Of a stretch of DNA of 64,000 nucleotides, positions 49,056 through 60,430 are shown piece by piece. This DNA comes from Hemiscyllium ocellatum (lineage: Eukaryota), in NCBI RefSeq assembly GCF_020745735.1, contig NC_083435.1, positions 11,067,201-11,131,200 of the forward strand, read 5' to 3'. The stretch's first letter is position 1. Every line of letters begins with the position of its first letter. Made by a program: the position numbers and the translations under genes. The notes under the pieces were generated by a model. It saw only the letters and a program-made list of their open reading frames with translations. It was not told the origin of the DNA and did not search any database.

Positions 49056-49262
49056 AAAATCACATGCCACCAGGTTATAGTCCAACAGGTATACTTGGAA
49101 GCACTAGCTTTCAGAGTGTTCCTCCTTCATCAGGATAACCACCTGATGAAGGAGGAACACTCTGAAAGCTAGTGCCTCCAAATAAACCTGTTAGACTATA
49201 ATCTGATGTTGCGTGATTTTTAACTTTGTCCACCCCAGCCCAACACCTACTCCTCCAAATCA
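49056..49262. mobile_element. Fold-back PLE mini-insertion (family B) with two head-to-head HHR cores
   Basis: Arms 49056..49134 / 49142..49220, loop ataacca; each arm reads CTGATGA-aggaggaacactct-GAAAGCTA-gtg; imperfect flanking repeat aaca(ta)aagaatg. Confidence 0.85.
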
Positions 49263-49663
49263 TAACAAAGAATGGCAGAACAGGCTCGAAGGGCCAATTG
49301 GCCTACTCCTACTTCCTTCGTTTGTAAATAAATGCTCCAGGTCCACCAGACAGATACAGGCCATTCAACCTATCAGGTCTATCTCAATGATTTCCTCCAA
49401 CATTGGGAACATTTTTTCCACGTGTACTGTATTGAACCTCCTTTCCAAATCTTAACAACTTTGATTTAGAAGGCTCCTTGGTTAATGGGTTTATCCTCTC
49501 AGGTCTCATTTTCCAATTCCAAGAAAGACAGACAGAGAGAGAACACCAACATGTATTTAACTTGCAGCTTAAGTTAGAGAAATGTACCCGGGTTCAGCCA
49601 CAGAGACAGTGAGAATGAAACAGAGAAACATCTCTCTCACATTAGACTGAGAGAGTACCTTAC

Positions 49664-49684
49664 CTAAATTAGCATGGGCATTGT
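49664..49684 (-). CDS. Gene A 21-nt microexon (D-NAHANL)
   Basis: ttttctcacag|ACAATGCCCATGCTAATTTAG|gtaagg. Confidence 0.78.
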   Translation of the reverse strand, partial: TMPMLI

Positions 49685-50499
49685 CTGTGAGAAAACATAA
49701 AAAAAAACTTAATTAGTGATGGGAGAGAAATAATCTTCATGCTTGAGTTTACAAATTGACAGAAAACTGGATCAAGAGAGGCTCTCATTGTCCAGGGAGA
49801 GATAGAGAGATCTTTCATTGAGGCTGACTTTGGATCTAGATCAGATCTTGGCCTAGATCTGACCTTGAATTGCCATCAGATCTCAGTATAGACCTGGCCT
49901 GGAGCTTGACTCAGATCTCTGCCAGGAGTATCACAGCATCTGGCTCAGAGCTGTGCCAGTACTAATGCAACATTCAGTGGCCCACACATTTACTGTCCAC
50001 TAAAAGATAGGTCGTTCCTGGGTTTGGGATTGGAATGTAGTAATCCCAATTTAAAAAAGACAGAAACCAACAGAAAATATCCACTTGGTGAGGTGGATAC
50101 AAGTCACCTCAGTGGTCAAGAAAAATCCTGAATTAGAAAACTCACCAACATCATTCTGAAGTTGCTCTGAAAAGGAAAAGAGAAAAGACATGTCAAGGAT
50201 GTGCAGTTACCATCAGTTCAGAGGGGTTTTGCAGTGCATTTTACAGAACACACTGTTGCTACTGAGCACCAGAGGTGGAGGGAGTTAAGGACGTGATGCC
50301 AGTCAAATGGGCTGCTGTTTCCTGGAGGGTGTCAAGCTTCTTGTCGGAGCTGCATTCATCCAGGCAAGTGGGGAGTATGCTACCAACCTGACTTGTACCT
50401 TGTTAGTGGAATAAAATTAAAACTTGTAACAGTTCTCTTACACTTATAAATGGCAGAGATCATGATCTCTTTCATTTGAACCCTAGAAAGATGGTACCT

Positions 50500-51535
50500 G
50501 TCTCTCAACTACACACCTGGATCAGTGTCCCACTTACCCAAGACACCTCTGTAGGGGTACCTCAGGATGCTGTCCTAGGCCCAACCATCTTTACCTGCTT
50601 CATCAATAACCTTCTTTCCACCTGAAGGTCAGAAGTGGGAATGGTGGCCAGTGACTGAATGATGTTCAGCACCATTCACGATTCCTCAGATACTGAGCAC
50701 AGACCATGTTCAAATTCAATGGGATCTGAACAATATCCAGGATTGGGATGACAAGTTGGAAGTAACAGTCACACCACGCATATACCAGACAATGACCATC
50801 ACCAATAAGAGATAATGCAACCAATGCCTCTCGAAAATTCAATGGTTTGCCATCGGTGAATCTCCCACTATCAACGTCCTTGGGATACCAATGACTAGAA
50901 ACTCAACTGGATTCACCAAATAAACCCAGTGGGTACAACAGAAGGTTCAGAGCCTAGGAGTTCCACAGTGAGATACTCATCTCCTGACTCCACAAAGCCT
51001 GCCCATCATCTCGGAGAAACAAGTCAGGGGTGTAATGAGATCTTCCCCACCTGCCTGAATGAGTGCAGCTCCAACAATACTCAGAGCTCAACACCATTTA
51101 GGACAAAGCAGCCCTTTGATCAACACTATATCGACAAGCACCCAGTCCCTCTACTACTGACGCTCAGTAGCAGACCTGTGTATTATCCACAATATGCACT
51201 GCAGAAATTCACCAAAGATCCTCAGATAGCACCTTCCAAACCCATGACCATTTCCACCTAGAAGGACAAGGGCAGCAGATACACGACAGCATCACCATCT
51301 TCAAGCGCCCATCCAAGTTACTTACTATCCTGACTTGGAAATATATCATTGTTCCTTCAATGTCGCTGGGACAAAATTCTGGAATTCCCTCCCCAAGGGC
51401 ATTGTGGGTCTACCTGCAGCACATGAGCTGCAGCAGTTCAAGAAGCCAGCTCACTACCACCTTCTCAAGGGCAACTAGGAATGGGGGCAAGAAACATGCA
51501 GGCACAGCAGCAATTCCCGCATCCCATGAGTGCAT
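50500..51535 (+). mobile_element. 3' part of the non-LTR family seen at 13.3 kb (decayed RT end and 3' tail)
   Basis: cctcaggatgctgtcctaggcccaaccatcttt (PQ.SVLGP-like) and tail ctcactaccaccttctcaagggcaactaggaatggg; a related minus-strand fragment lies at ~55660..55980. Confidence 0.7.
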
Positions 51536-51562
51536 CAAACAAAACTGGCTACAGCGAATGCT

Positions 51563-51665
51563 CTGGGACACAGTGTCCCACTGGCTGCAGGGGTCTCCCT
51601 GGGACATACTGTCCCACTGGCTGCAGGAGCCTCCCTGGGACCCACTGTCCCACTGGCTGCAGAGG
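51563..51665. repeat. 36-bp tandem repeat x3 with internal hairpin
   Basis: ctgggaca-NNN-tgtcccactggctgcagg units start at 51563, 51599 and 51635. Confidence 0.85.
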
Positions 51666-51853
51666 CAAAGAGCTTTTCAACAGTAAGCTTCATTCATTTT
51701 CAATGATAATACTGTCGGACCCTCTGTATGAAACACATCTTGGGCTGAGTGCTCTGTGACCCTCTGGACTCACCAATTGTCAAAGTATAAATATTTGTGA
51801 GATCGAGGGAACACTTTCAACAGAAGATGGGAAATGGCTGAACTGATTCTTAC

Positions 51854-51880
51854 CTGTTCGTTTTGATAAATCTTTGAAGT
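51854..51880 (-). CDS. Gene A 27-nt microexon (D-FKDLSKRT)
   Basis: cttttcattgcag|ACTTCAAAGATTTATCAAAACGAACAG|gtaaga. Confidence 0.82.
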
Positions 51881-52699
51881 CTGCAATGAAAAGATTAAAA
51901 ATGAATGGGCAACTGTGCTCAACATCAACAAATACTCTGTACTTAGAGAGATTCTTTAATGTAGTAACACATCCCGAAGTGCTTCACAAGAGTGTGTTAT
52001 TGAACAAAATTAGACAGTGAGCCAAATAAGGAAATACTAGGGCAGCTTTTCAAAAGCGTGTACGGAGTGGTAGGACTTTGGTCGTCTTTTCAGAATGCTG
52101 GAGTGTCAGAGTGGGTCTTTCAAAGCCCAGGCATCAATGATGGAGTGATTAAAATCCAGAATACAAGGTTCTGCGAGACTGGGATCCAATGGTTGTCAGC
52201 GAGCACAGTTAACTATTGGCAATTAACCATTAACCATCAACGAGGTTTGGCAGTCCAGCTCAGGAACAAGGATGGTGAATTAGAATACAAAGGTTTTGGA
52301 CGTTCAGTGAGATTAGGATCTCTCATGCTGCAATGGTAGTGCTCCTACTTCTGATTCGGAAGCCTTGCGTTCGAGTCCCAACTGCACCAGAGGTGTGCCA
52401 CAACACAACGGGACGGGTTGATGAATAGTATCTGGAAACTCAGAGTACGATCCTGGCCTCAGAGTCAGAAACCAGAGATCAAATCCTATTCCAGGACTGA
52501 TGGTCACAGAAGGGACATTGATAAGATGAGTGACTATTAACCAGTAAATCCTTCTAACATCCTTACGACAGGCGCTGAGACTGGGAGAGTCTCTTGGTTG
52601 GTCACATTCCATGCAGAGAGATCCCCTTCAATCTACAGCCTCTCACAACCTGTTCCCAGAAAAAACCAAGTTCTGGGAATAGACTTGGGCAGCCTCGCA

Positions 52700-53220
52700 C
52701 ACTGAGGAGCACACTAGGGGAATAGAAATCATAGCTCAGCTACACAAAGCCCTGGTCAGACCTCCGTATAACACTGTGTTTAATTCTGGGCACCACACCT
52801 TAGAAACATGTGTTGGTCCTGAAGGCAGTGCAGAGTTGATTTACCAGAATGATACCAGGAATCCAAGTGTCAAACTGCGAAGAGAGATGACACAAGTGAG
52901 AGTTGTTACTCCCTGGAAATAAGATGGGTAATGGGTGTTTGATCAAAGTTTTCAAGATATTAACGGGAACAGTGAGTAGCCAGTTCTATTGGTTAGAGAG
53001 ACTCGGGTTAGGGAACAGAGGGTAGAAATTGGGACCTGATTTCTCTGGAGTAAAATTTAGAAATGCATCTAAGCACAAAGCTGGAGGGAGGTTGGAATTC
53101 TCTTCCACAAACAGCAACCAGTACTGAGTCATTTGTTCATTTTGATTGGTAGATTTTTGCTATCCAAAGAGACATGGATCAAAAGTAAATGAAGGTAGGG
53201 CACAGATCAGCTACTGACTG
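52700..53220 (+). mobile_element. CR1 3' fragment, degenerate
   Basis: aaagccctggtcagacc...gtgcagagttgatttaccagaatgataccagga (LVRP...VQ.RFTRMIPG-like). Confidence 0.65.
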
Positions 53221-54050
53221 GTGGGACAAGGCCTTCTGTTGCTAACTTTCTAAATCATTTTGAAGATGTGGACACCCCTTACTTCTCTCTCAGTGAATTG
53301 TTGTGGAGCTGGTGATGAAATGTCTTCATCAGTGACTTCCAGGCTCCATCAGAGAGTTTCGCTAGTGGCACATGTCACAGGTGGGCCCAGATATAAGAGT
53401 AGACCAGACTCCAGTCTGGGTATAGGTTCTCCTTCACTGAACATTTGAACAAGGAGCAAATTCAGCCCTTCAAGAATGTCCCACCATTCAGTAAGTATCA
53501 CCATTAGTAGCTGTATTCACTGAGCGGTCTACATTTTTTTTCACAAAAAACCTCACCAATATTTCTCTATGATGAATTCTTTTCCCTGTCACTGACGTAA
53601 TATGATCGGATTTCACGGAATCCACTTTCCCCACATAAACTCACAATCTCCTCGATTGTCAAACCCAGAATCTCAACCTCCTATAGCTCGTCCCTGTGGC
53701 AATTCCAATTTTCACAAATTCTAACCAAGGGCACCAAATTAGCAACAGAAGTCCTCAAGGAAAAGACAAAACAAAAGATCTTGCTGAAGATGTCAGCATC
53801 CACCCAAAGACAGGCCCTCAGTTTAAAGGTCCTATTGAAAAAGGTGGCATCGAGGACACTGCAGTATTCCCTCAGGTTGACCTAGGAGTGAGAATCTTGC
53901 CTCTATGCCAGAGTCTCTATACAGTCGGTTTTTAGCCCCTGAGCTGCTGAGTTAGAGATGTGAGATTTAATAATTGGACCAATGTCATACAAGTGACACA
54001 GGACAGCTAAAGGGGGAAAGAGGCAAATGCTTAAATGAAACTTGACATAC

Positions 54051-54077
54051 CTTTGATAGTTGGACGTTTGAGCAGCT
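54051..54077 (-). CDS. Gene A 27-nt microexon (E-LLKRPTIK)
   Basis: ctgttctctttcag|AGCTGCTCAAACGTCCAACTATCAAAG|gtatgt. Confidence 0.82.
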
Positions 54078-54787
54078 CTGAAAGAGAACAGAGAGGTTTG
54101 TGAATATGATGCACTGTTACATTTTACACACACATGCATATACTATCAGATGCATTCCTGTAATGGTACACAGTCAGGCGATCAACACGATACTTCTTGC
54201 ATTGTGAGTCAAATCCCATCCTCCCCCCACTTAATCAGAGCCTATAGTAAAATACTGAGTGGCAAATTTTCCTTCACTCTCTGGATACACCGTTCCACCA
54301 GCTGGAATACGTTCTTCCCTACTGCACACCCTCCCCCAGTGCCACCACAACAGAATCCAAAGCCCCAAAGACCCCTTTATGGATGTCTGTTCACAATTGC
54401 TATAATGTGACTTTAATTCAAGTACAACATATTTTTCTTCCCCCACTTCAACTTTGAAAGTGGCCAGATATTGTCTCCTAATTGCGCCGAGTAACAAAAT
54501 GGTTCAATTGCCTCTGAATTTTCTCAAAATGGTACCTGTGTGTGATTCAACATACTGCTGTAAATAAGAATGGTGCACTGACACAAAGATGGCGTTCTGT
54601 CTCACTATGGCAACCAGTGCCTAAAATGCCTCACATACAAAAAAAACTGCCATCTCACAATTACCACATTTCCTTTAAATGGCACCATGTGTCAAATTGT
54701 CACTCTATTTTAAAGCGGGACCTCTTCTTGTAATGACACCCCCTCTCAAAATGGGGCCTTTTTTTGTAAGTGACGAGTACATCATAC

Positions 54788-54907
54788 CTTTTATCTGTTT
54801 CTGCTGTTTGTACTGATAGTAACTGGCAGCTGCCAGCAATCCAAGGAGCAAGATGAGAAACACGATGAAGGCAATGAAGAAACGTGACATTCTGGGGAAA
54901 AATTCAT
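54788..54907 (-). CDS. Gene A transmembrane exon (120 nt)
   Basis: cctcttccag|AT..: D-EFFPRMSRFFIAFIVFLILLLGLLAAASYYQYKQQKQIK; donor AAAG|gtatga. Confidence 0.9.
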
Positions 54908-55369
54908 CTGGAAGAGGAATCAAAAGAAAGCTCCGTTAAATTCAAAGTTATCAATTGGATTGCAGCTCCGATCCTCGGTCACCCCCAAGGAGGCTCCTTG
55001 TGTCACCAACAAAGTCTTCCCATCACCAAATCTAACCCACCCGCAAGTGGGGAACGGATTAAGAGCGCACAACTGTGGCCATCTTGAACTCTGGCTGTTT
55101 AGAAGTCTACATCATCAGGTGACTCTCTGACTATGAGTTAAGTATGTTCCCAGGAGTTGACTGGGTCAGTCAGGATTGTGAGCCATAGATCAGCTCCCCC
55201 TCTTCCTAGCCCTGGAATCATTGAGGGCAAGTGTGAAAAGGAACTCTGCCCTGATGGAGACCAAGCCTGATTCCGGATTATATTTACACCACAGTAGGAG
55301 TCAATTCAGCCCATCCAGCTTGCACTAGCCTAATCATCCTCCTAACCTTGAATAGAAGCAAAATACTGC

Positions 55370-55490
55370 AGAATTATGAAAACCGAAACAGACGCAGAGA
55401 GAATGCTGGAGAAACTCAGCAGGTTTGGCAGCATCTATAGACAGAGAAACAGTTGACATTTTGAGTCCGACATGACTCTCCTTCAGAAAA
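55370..55490 (-). mobile_element. PLE terminal fragment with degenerate HHR (family C)
   Basis: Minus strand: CTGAAGG-agagtcatgtcggactc-AAAATGTC-aactgtttctctgtctatagatgctgcc. Confidence 0.55.
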
Positions 55491-56151
55491 GCAGATGACA
55501 AAGTCAGTACAGAAGGTGTGAAGAAATTTGAAAAGGTGGGACCCGAATGGTGACCTCAGAGGGAATAGAACACTCATCATTAGCATCATACTACATCACA
55601 AACAAGGCATCTGGTCAACTGAGAGCTAACCACAGGATGTTCCCATGTATCTACTGCCCTTGTCCTTCTCGATGGTAGTGGTCAAGGACTTGAAAGGTGA
55701 CATCTAAGGAGCCTTGGTGATTTACTACATGCATCTTGTAGACAGTACACACTGCTGCTCCTGCACGTTGATGGTGGAGGGGAGTGGATGTTTGTGGATG
55801 TGGTGCTAATCAAGTGGGCCACCTTATTCTGGATGGTGTCAAACTGCTCGAGTGTTGTTGGGGCTGCACCCATCCAGGCATGTGGGGAGTATTCCATCAC
55901 ACTCCTGACTTGTGCCTTGTAGATGGTGGACAGGGAGACAGGGGATGAAGTTACTCATTGCAAGATTCCTAGGCTCTGACTTTGGGATGTAATGCTTCCT
56001 TGGAAATCAACTGAAATTCCCTCTGGACAGCAACCACTGACATCACCAGAGAATTTAAATCGGCTGTGAAAATTTTCAGGAGTTTCACAATCGCACTAGA
56101 AAACATGCAATCTCCCCTTTCTGCAGCCAAGTGCACAGGCACCTCACTGAC

Positions 56152-56436
56152 CTGGGATGCTGAGACTGCTCTGCCGTGAGCTCTTCAAGATGGCACTCTT
56201 CACTAAACACCTGAAGGTGTTGCTCGAACCAGCTGTCACCTCAATGCTGCTTGAGACTTCGTACAGGCCATCCGCTGTCTTCGTCGATGTCATCCTTGAC
56301 CTCTCCGTCATGTTCTTGCCCTTGCCATCTTCCCAGTGCATCATGGGAACTGGGTACCAGCTGGATGAATTACAGTGCAGCCCGATTTCATCGTGCTGGT
56401 ATCCTTCCAATCGTATCACAGGACGCTGGCCGAAAC
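56152..56436 (-). CDS. Gene A IgC exon (285 nt)
   Basis: ttgttgtag|GT..: FGQRPVIRLEG...LHCNSSSWYPVPMMHW...GLYEVSSSIEV...FRCLVKS...SIP; donor CCAG|gtcagt. Confidence 0.93.
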
Positions 56437-57473
56437 CTACAACAAGAAGAATCATTGGTCACGAGGAAGGAAAGACTGGGGCAGACTGAGGCCACAAATT
56501 TTATTCGACGCTAACTCTCTCTGTGACAACAGACCAAGAGGTTAAGCCAGTCACTTCGTGAACTTCGTGTCACATTTGATGGAGAGCTGAGTTTGTGCCT
56601 TTAGTTTGCGACCCTTACTAAAAACAACCATTTCCATCTCCGCAGCCTCACCCCATTTTAACTGTTCCAGCTCATCCTCACTGAAACCTTCTTCCTGATT
56701 CCCTTAGCCCTGCCTTTGGTATGTCCTTCCCACATTACACCAAGTGAACTTGAGGTCATCCAAAATTCAGTTGCCCGTGTCTTCGATCAAAAAACTAAAG
56801 TAGATGTAACATAGGTTTGGCACTCCCTCTGAAGCAACAGTACCTCCCTTAGGTCAGGAGACCACAACTACACACAATGCTCCAGATGTGGTCTCACCAA
56901 GGCTCTTACAGCCGGAGTAAGACATCCCTGCTCCTGATCTCATACCCTCTCACTGTGAAGACGAACTTACTATTTACCAAGAGAAACCAATCACTTTACA
57001 CATCAACAACTCACAATCCAACACCATTGATATCATACTTGGCCAACCTGTTTTTCCCATCATGTACAATGTCACAGTTACCCACCTTATCCTGCAGTGG
57101 CCATACGTTTGCCCATTAACTCAACTTCTTTAAATCTCCCTGAAGGCTCTTTGCTTTCATCCCTCATCATTCATCAGCTCACCGGGTTGTACCAGCTCAG
57201 GCAGCAGGGTAGGGTGAGTGAGGGAGGGGGAACAGAGGGTGGAGAGGTTGTGGAGGGATGTGTAAGAAGGGCTGAGGGGTTGGGAGTGGTGGAGGGAGGT
57301 ATAAGGGGAAGGCAGGCTTGAAAGGCGTGGAGGTGGTGTGGAGGGGTTGGAGGAGGTATGGAGGCATGGAGGAGGAGTGGGAAGAGGAAGGTCAGAAGGA
57401 CATAGAGAGTGAGGAAGTGGGTGACCGAGCGAATTGGTCGATCCCACGGGCAGCTGCTCCCATGGGGACTTAC

Positions 57474-57827
57474 TCGTGGCCTTCAGCTTCATGGGTGCCT
57501 GCTCAATGAATCCCCTGGACTCAACCATGCAGAGGTAGTCTCCTTCATCCTGCAGCCGGACATCTCGCAGTCTGAGAGAGACATTCCCCTGGTTAAACTC
57601 CTGCTTAAAGAACTCTGTCCTGTTCCTGTACGCCGGAGCAGGCTGTTCCTCCACATTCAGCCCAAAGGTGTAGCTGTGGATGGGCACGTGCTGCTCAGAG
57701 TCACTGCGAGCCCATTCTATCTTCATGCCCGGTAGGGGTTTCTCTGGGATCAGCTGGCATTCCAACACTGCCACCCCACCCACCGAGGCGATGATTGGAG
57801 TTTCCGGGCCAGTGACTCGGAACACAT
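57474..57827 (-). CDS. Gene A IgV exon (354 nt)
   Basis: ctttacag|AT..: DVFRVTGP...VLEC...IEW...AYRNRTEFF...GNVSLRLRDVRLQDEGDYLC...LKAT; donor ACGA|gtaagt. Confidence 0.94.
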
Positions 57828-57907
57828 CTGTAAAGAGATGGGGAGAAGGAACAAATGGTCAAACCACTCATTCATAAAAAAGCAAAAACAATATAATTAT
57901 TGTGTCT

Positions 57908-58500
57908 TGTTATGGGCCAGACCAGACTGCCTCAAAATATGTTAAGAAGGTAGGCTAGGCAGCAAGGTGCCATGTTCCAGATGCAATATGATTGGTCAAA
58001 CCATGCAATATTAAGCCAAAGTTTATTCAAACACTACAGTTAAAGTACAATCAAAGAGGACTTGGAATAACTTAAATCTATTGGAAAACACATCAGAACA
58101 ATAGATACAGTAATTATTACTAATTAACTGCTCCAATATAGTAGCATCCCATTAACCCACCCCTTGGCAAAAGACAAATTCAGAAAACAGATTTTGTCCC
58201 ACATGTAATCCAGTAGCCCAGGAAGAGAACCCCCAGCTCCTGGCTGTATTGAGGGAGGGAAAAAAAAATTGCTTCCACTTCTTCAAGACCCAACAGCAAC
58301 TGCTGCTGAAAATGAAAAAAACTGAAAGTTCTGTGGGTGAGCGCTTGACCACACCCACTCACACTGTTTCTATTAAACTAACTTTTAAAAAATTTCCAAG
58401 GCTTCACAAACTCTTAGAAACCGTTCCTCCCCTGTTCTCCCACGTCTCTTTGTAGAAGAAACCAGGACAAAATACATCTCTTAAAGCTACAACATTGTCA
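57908..58500. repeat. Unclassified, possibly solo-LTR-like repeat (related segment at ~5370..5885)
   Basis: TG...CA-like ends (tgttat...attgtca) and by-eye similarity of cccat(a/t)aac.c.c..ttggca.aa to ~5485; no TSD found. Confidence 0.3.
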
Positions 58501-59214
58501 TAGTTCACATAAAATAACATGCACTGACATCTTTTGACCTCTGCATGTCCCAAAACAGTTTTACTGCTGACAATGCTGTAATGTAGGAAACACGGTAGCG
58601 GTCAGTTTGCAATGCATCCGAACCACTGCACTGCAGCCTCTTCCCATTCCCTGAATTCTATCTTGCCATCGTTAGCAGTTGTACCTTCATCTACTGAGGC
58701 CCAAAACCTGGAAATGCCCTCCCTGCCCTGCAGGGATTCTATGATTGATTGATTTAGTGTTGTCACATATACCGAGATACAGTGAAAACTATTGTTTTCC
58801 GTGCTGTACACAGATCGTACCATTCAAAGTGCATCTGCACAGCAGAACGGAGTGTAGAATACAGTGTCACAGCTGCAGTGAAGGTGCAGAGAGAGACACA
58901 GAGAGAGATCAGAATTAATATTTGAGAGGTCCGCTCAGAAATGTGAAAATCACTCTTCCCAACCCCCTCTCTCTTCCTTATTTAAGACGATCCATAAATT
59001 CCCTATCTCTTTGACCAGATTCTAGATTACCATTTTTGATGGCACACGGTTTCACATTCTGATTGGTAGCGCTCGTGGGACAAGGACAAACAAGAGGTTT
59101 CATCAATATTCAAGACTAACCTCCTACACTCTCCAAACAATCTCCTGGCTGTTCCACAGGCTTTGCTAGGATTAGGAGTGCAGTGTGGGAGAGGCAGCAC
59201 TGCAGCGCAAGATG

Positions 59215-59400
59215 TAGATCCCTGTAAATACAGACAGACTCCCAGAGGACACCCTGTAAATACAGACACAGGGCCCGTGGGCACCCTATGTAAGTACTGA
59301 CATGCTCTTTAGGAGATCTCTGTAAATACTGACACAGTCCCAGAGACGATTGTAAACACTGACACCCTTCCCGGGCACACCCTGTAAATATTGGCACACC
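59215..59400. repeat. Degenerate ~33-bp minisatellite
   Basis: Recurring ccctgtaaatac(a/t)gacac motif, ~6 copies. Confidence 0.75.
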
Positions 59401-59929
59401 CCGAGCCCAACCTATATGCGGGGAGGCGCAGAAGAGAGCCTGTTAAAGCCAGGAGAGCTTAAGAGCTTTAAAAATTAGATGGCGTTCACATGGCAAGGAC
59501 TGTACAAAGGCGAAACATGTTTGAGGACGTTAACAGGGAATACATTGAGTAGTTTAGCATATTAGTTAGAAGCCACACTCTCATTGGAATTTAACCGGAG
59601 TTGAGTTTAACCTGAGCGTCACCACACCTTAGGTAAGGGGTGAGAATGAGAATGCAGGACCTTGATGGTGACCCTCAGTCCATGCTGATTGAACCTGGAC
59701 TGTTGGCATTACTGCACCAAAATGTTCAGTCGATGCTGATTTTGGTTTGTTTTGAACCTCCTCAAAATGTGAAAGCGTGTGCAGCGACCCCTCATAAAGC
59801 TGGCTGAGAAATCGTCATCTCTTTTTAAAAGTTTTTGTTGTTCTCTCCGGGATCCTGACTGAAAGCAATTGGCCTGTCTGAAGATGAGCTCACGGGTCGG
59901 TATGGAGTGAGGCACCGAGGGAGTCTCAC

Positions 59930-59987
59930 CTGCCAGTGCAGAATGGATCCTGAGGAGGAGAATCAGACACAGCGCCCCACGCTCCAT
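59930..59987 (-). CDS. Gene A signal-peptide exon (MERGALCLILLLRIHSALA)
   Basis: Hydrophobic 19-aa leader, donor GCAG|gtgaga in phase 1; the exon begins at acceptor cttgtctttcag| (60034), so a non-coding exon lies upstream. Confidence 0.85.
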
Positions 59988-60198
59988 GCTCCCAAACACC
60001 TTCAGCAAAGCTCAGAAGCCTGTCCGTGCCAGCCCTGAAAGACAAGAGATTTTTATCAAGATTCAACACTAATCTCCTTCGCGAATTCACATGATCTAAC
60101 CTTGCTAGCCAGTGTATCACGCGGAACCCCTTCGTAAACTCTGTACAGACAACGTCCACCGCACTACCTTCATCAAAGAGTTAAAAATCACACACCAA

Positions 60199-60430
60199 GG
60201 GGCGGCACGGTGGCTCATTGGGGTGGTACGATGGCTCACACTGCTACCTCACAGAACCAGGGTTCCAGGTTCAATTCCAGCCTCAGACGACTGTCTGTGT
60301 GGAGTTTGCACATTCTCCCCGTGTCTGCGTGGGTTTCCTCCCATAATCACCTGTGCAGGTTAGGTGAATTGGCCATGTTAAATTGCCCAAAGTGTTAGGT
60401 GCAGTAGTCAGAGGGAATCTAATCTAATCT
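60199..60430 (+). mobile_element. HE1-type V-SINE, inserted into a family B PLE terminus
   Basis: ggggcggcacggtggctc...ctgtctgtgtggagtttgcacattctccccgtgtctgcgtgggtttcctcc...gttaggtgaattggccatg; the interrupted PLE terminus is visible at 60181..60198 and 60432..60480. Confidence 0.85.

Noticed and set aside
51563-51665. CRISPR-like 36-bp palindromic repeats
   Set aside because: Units are contiguous with no spacers, only three copies, no cas genes, eukaryotic context.
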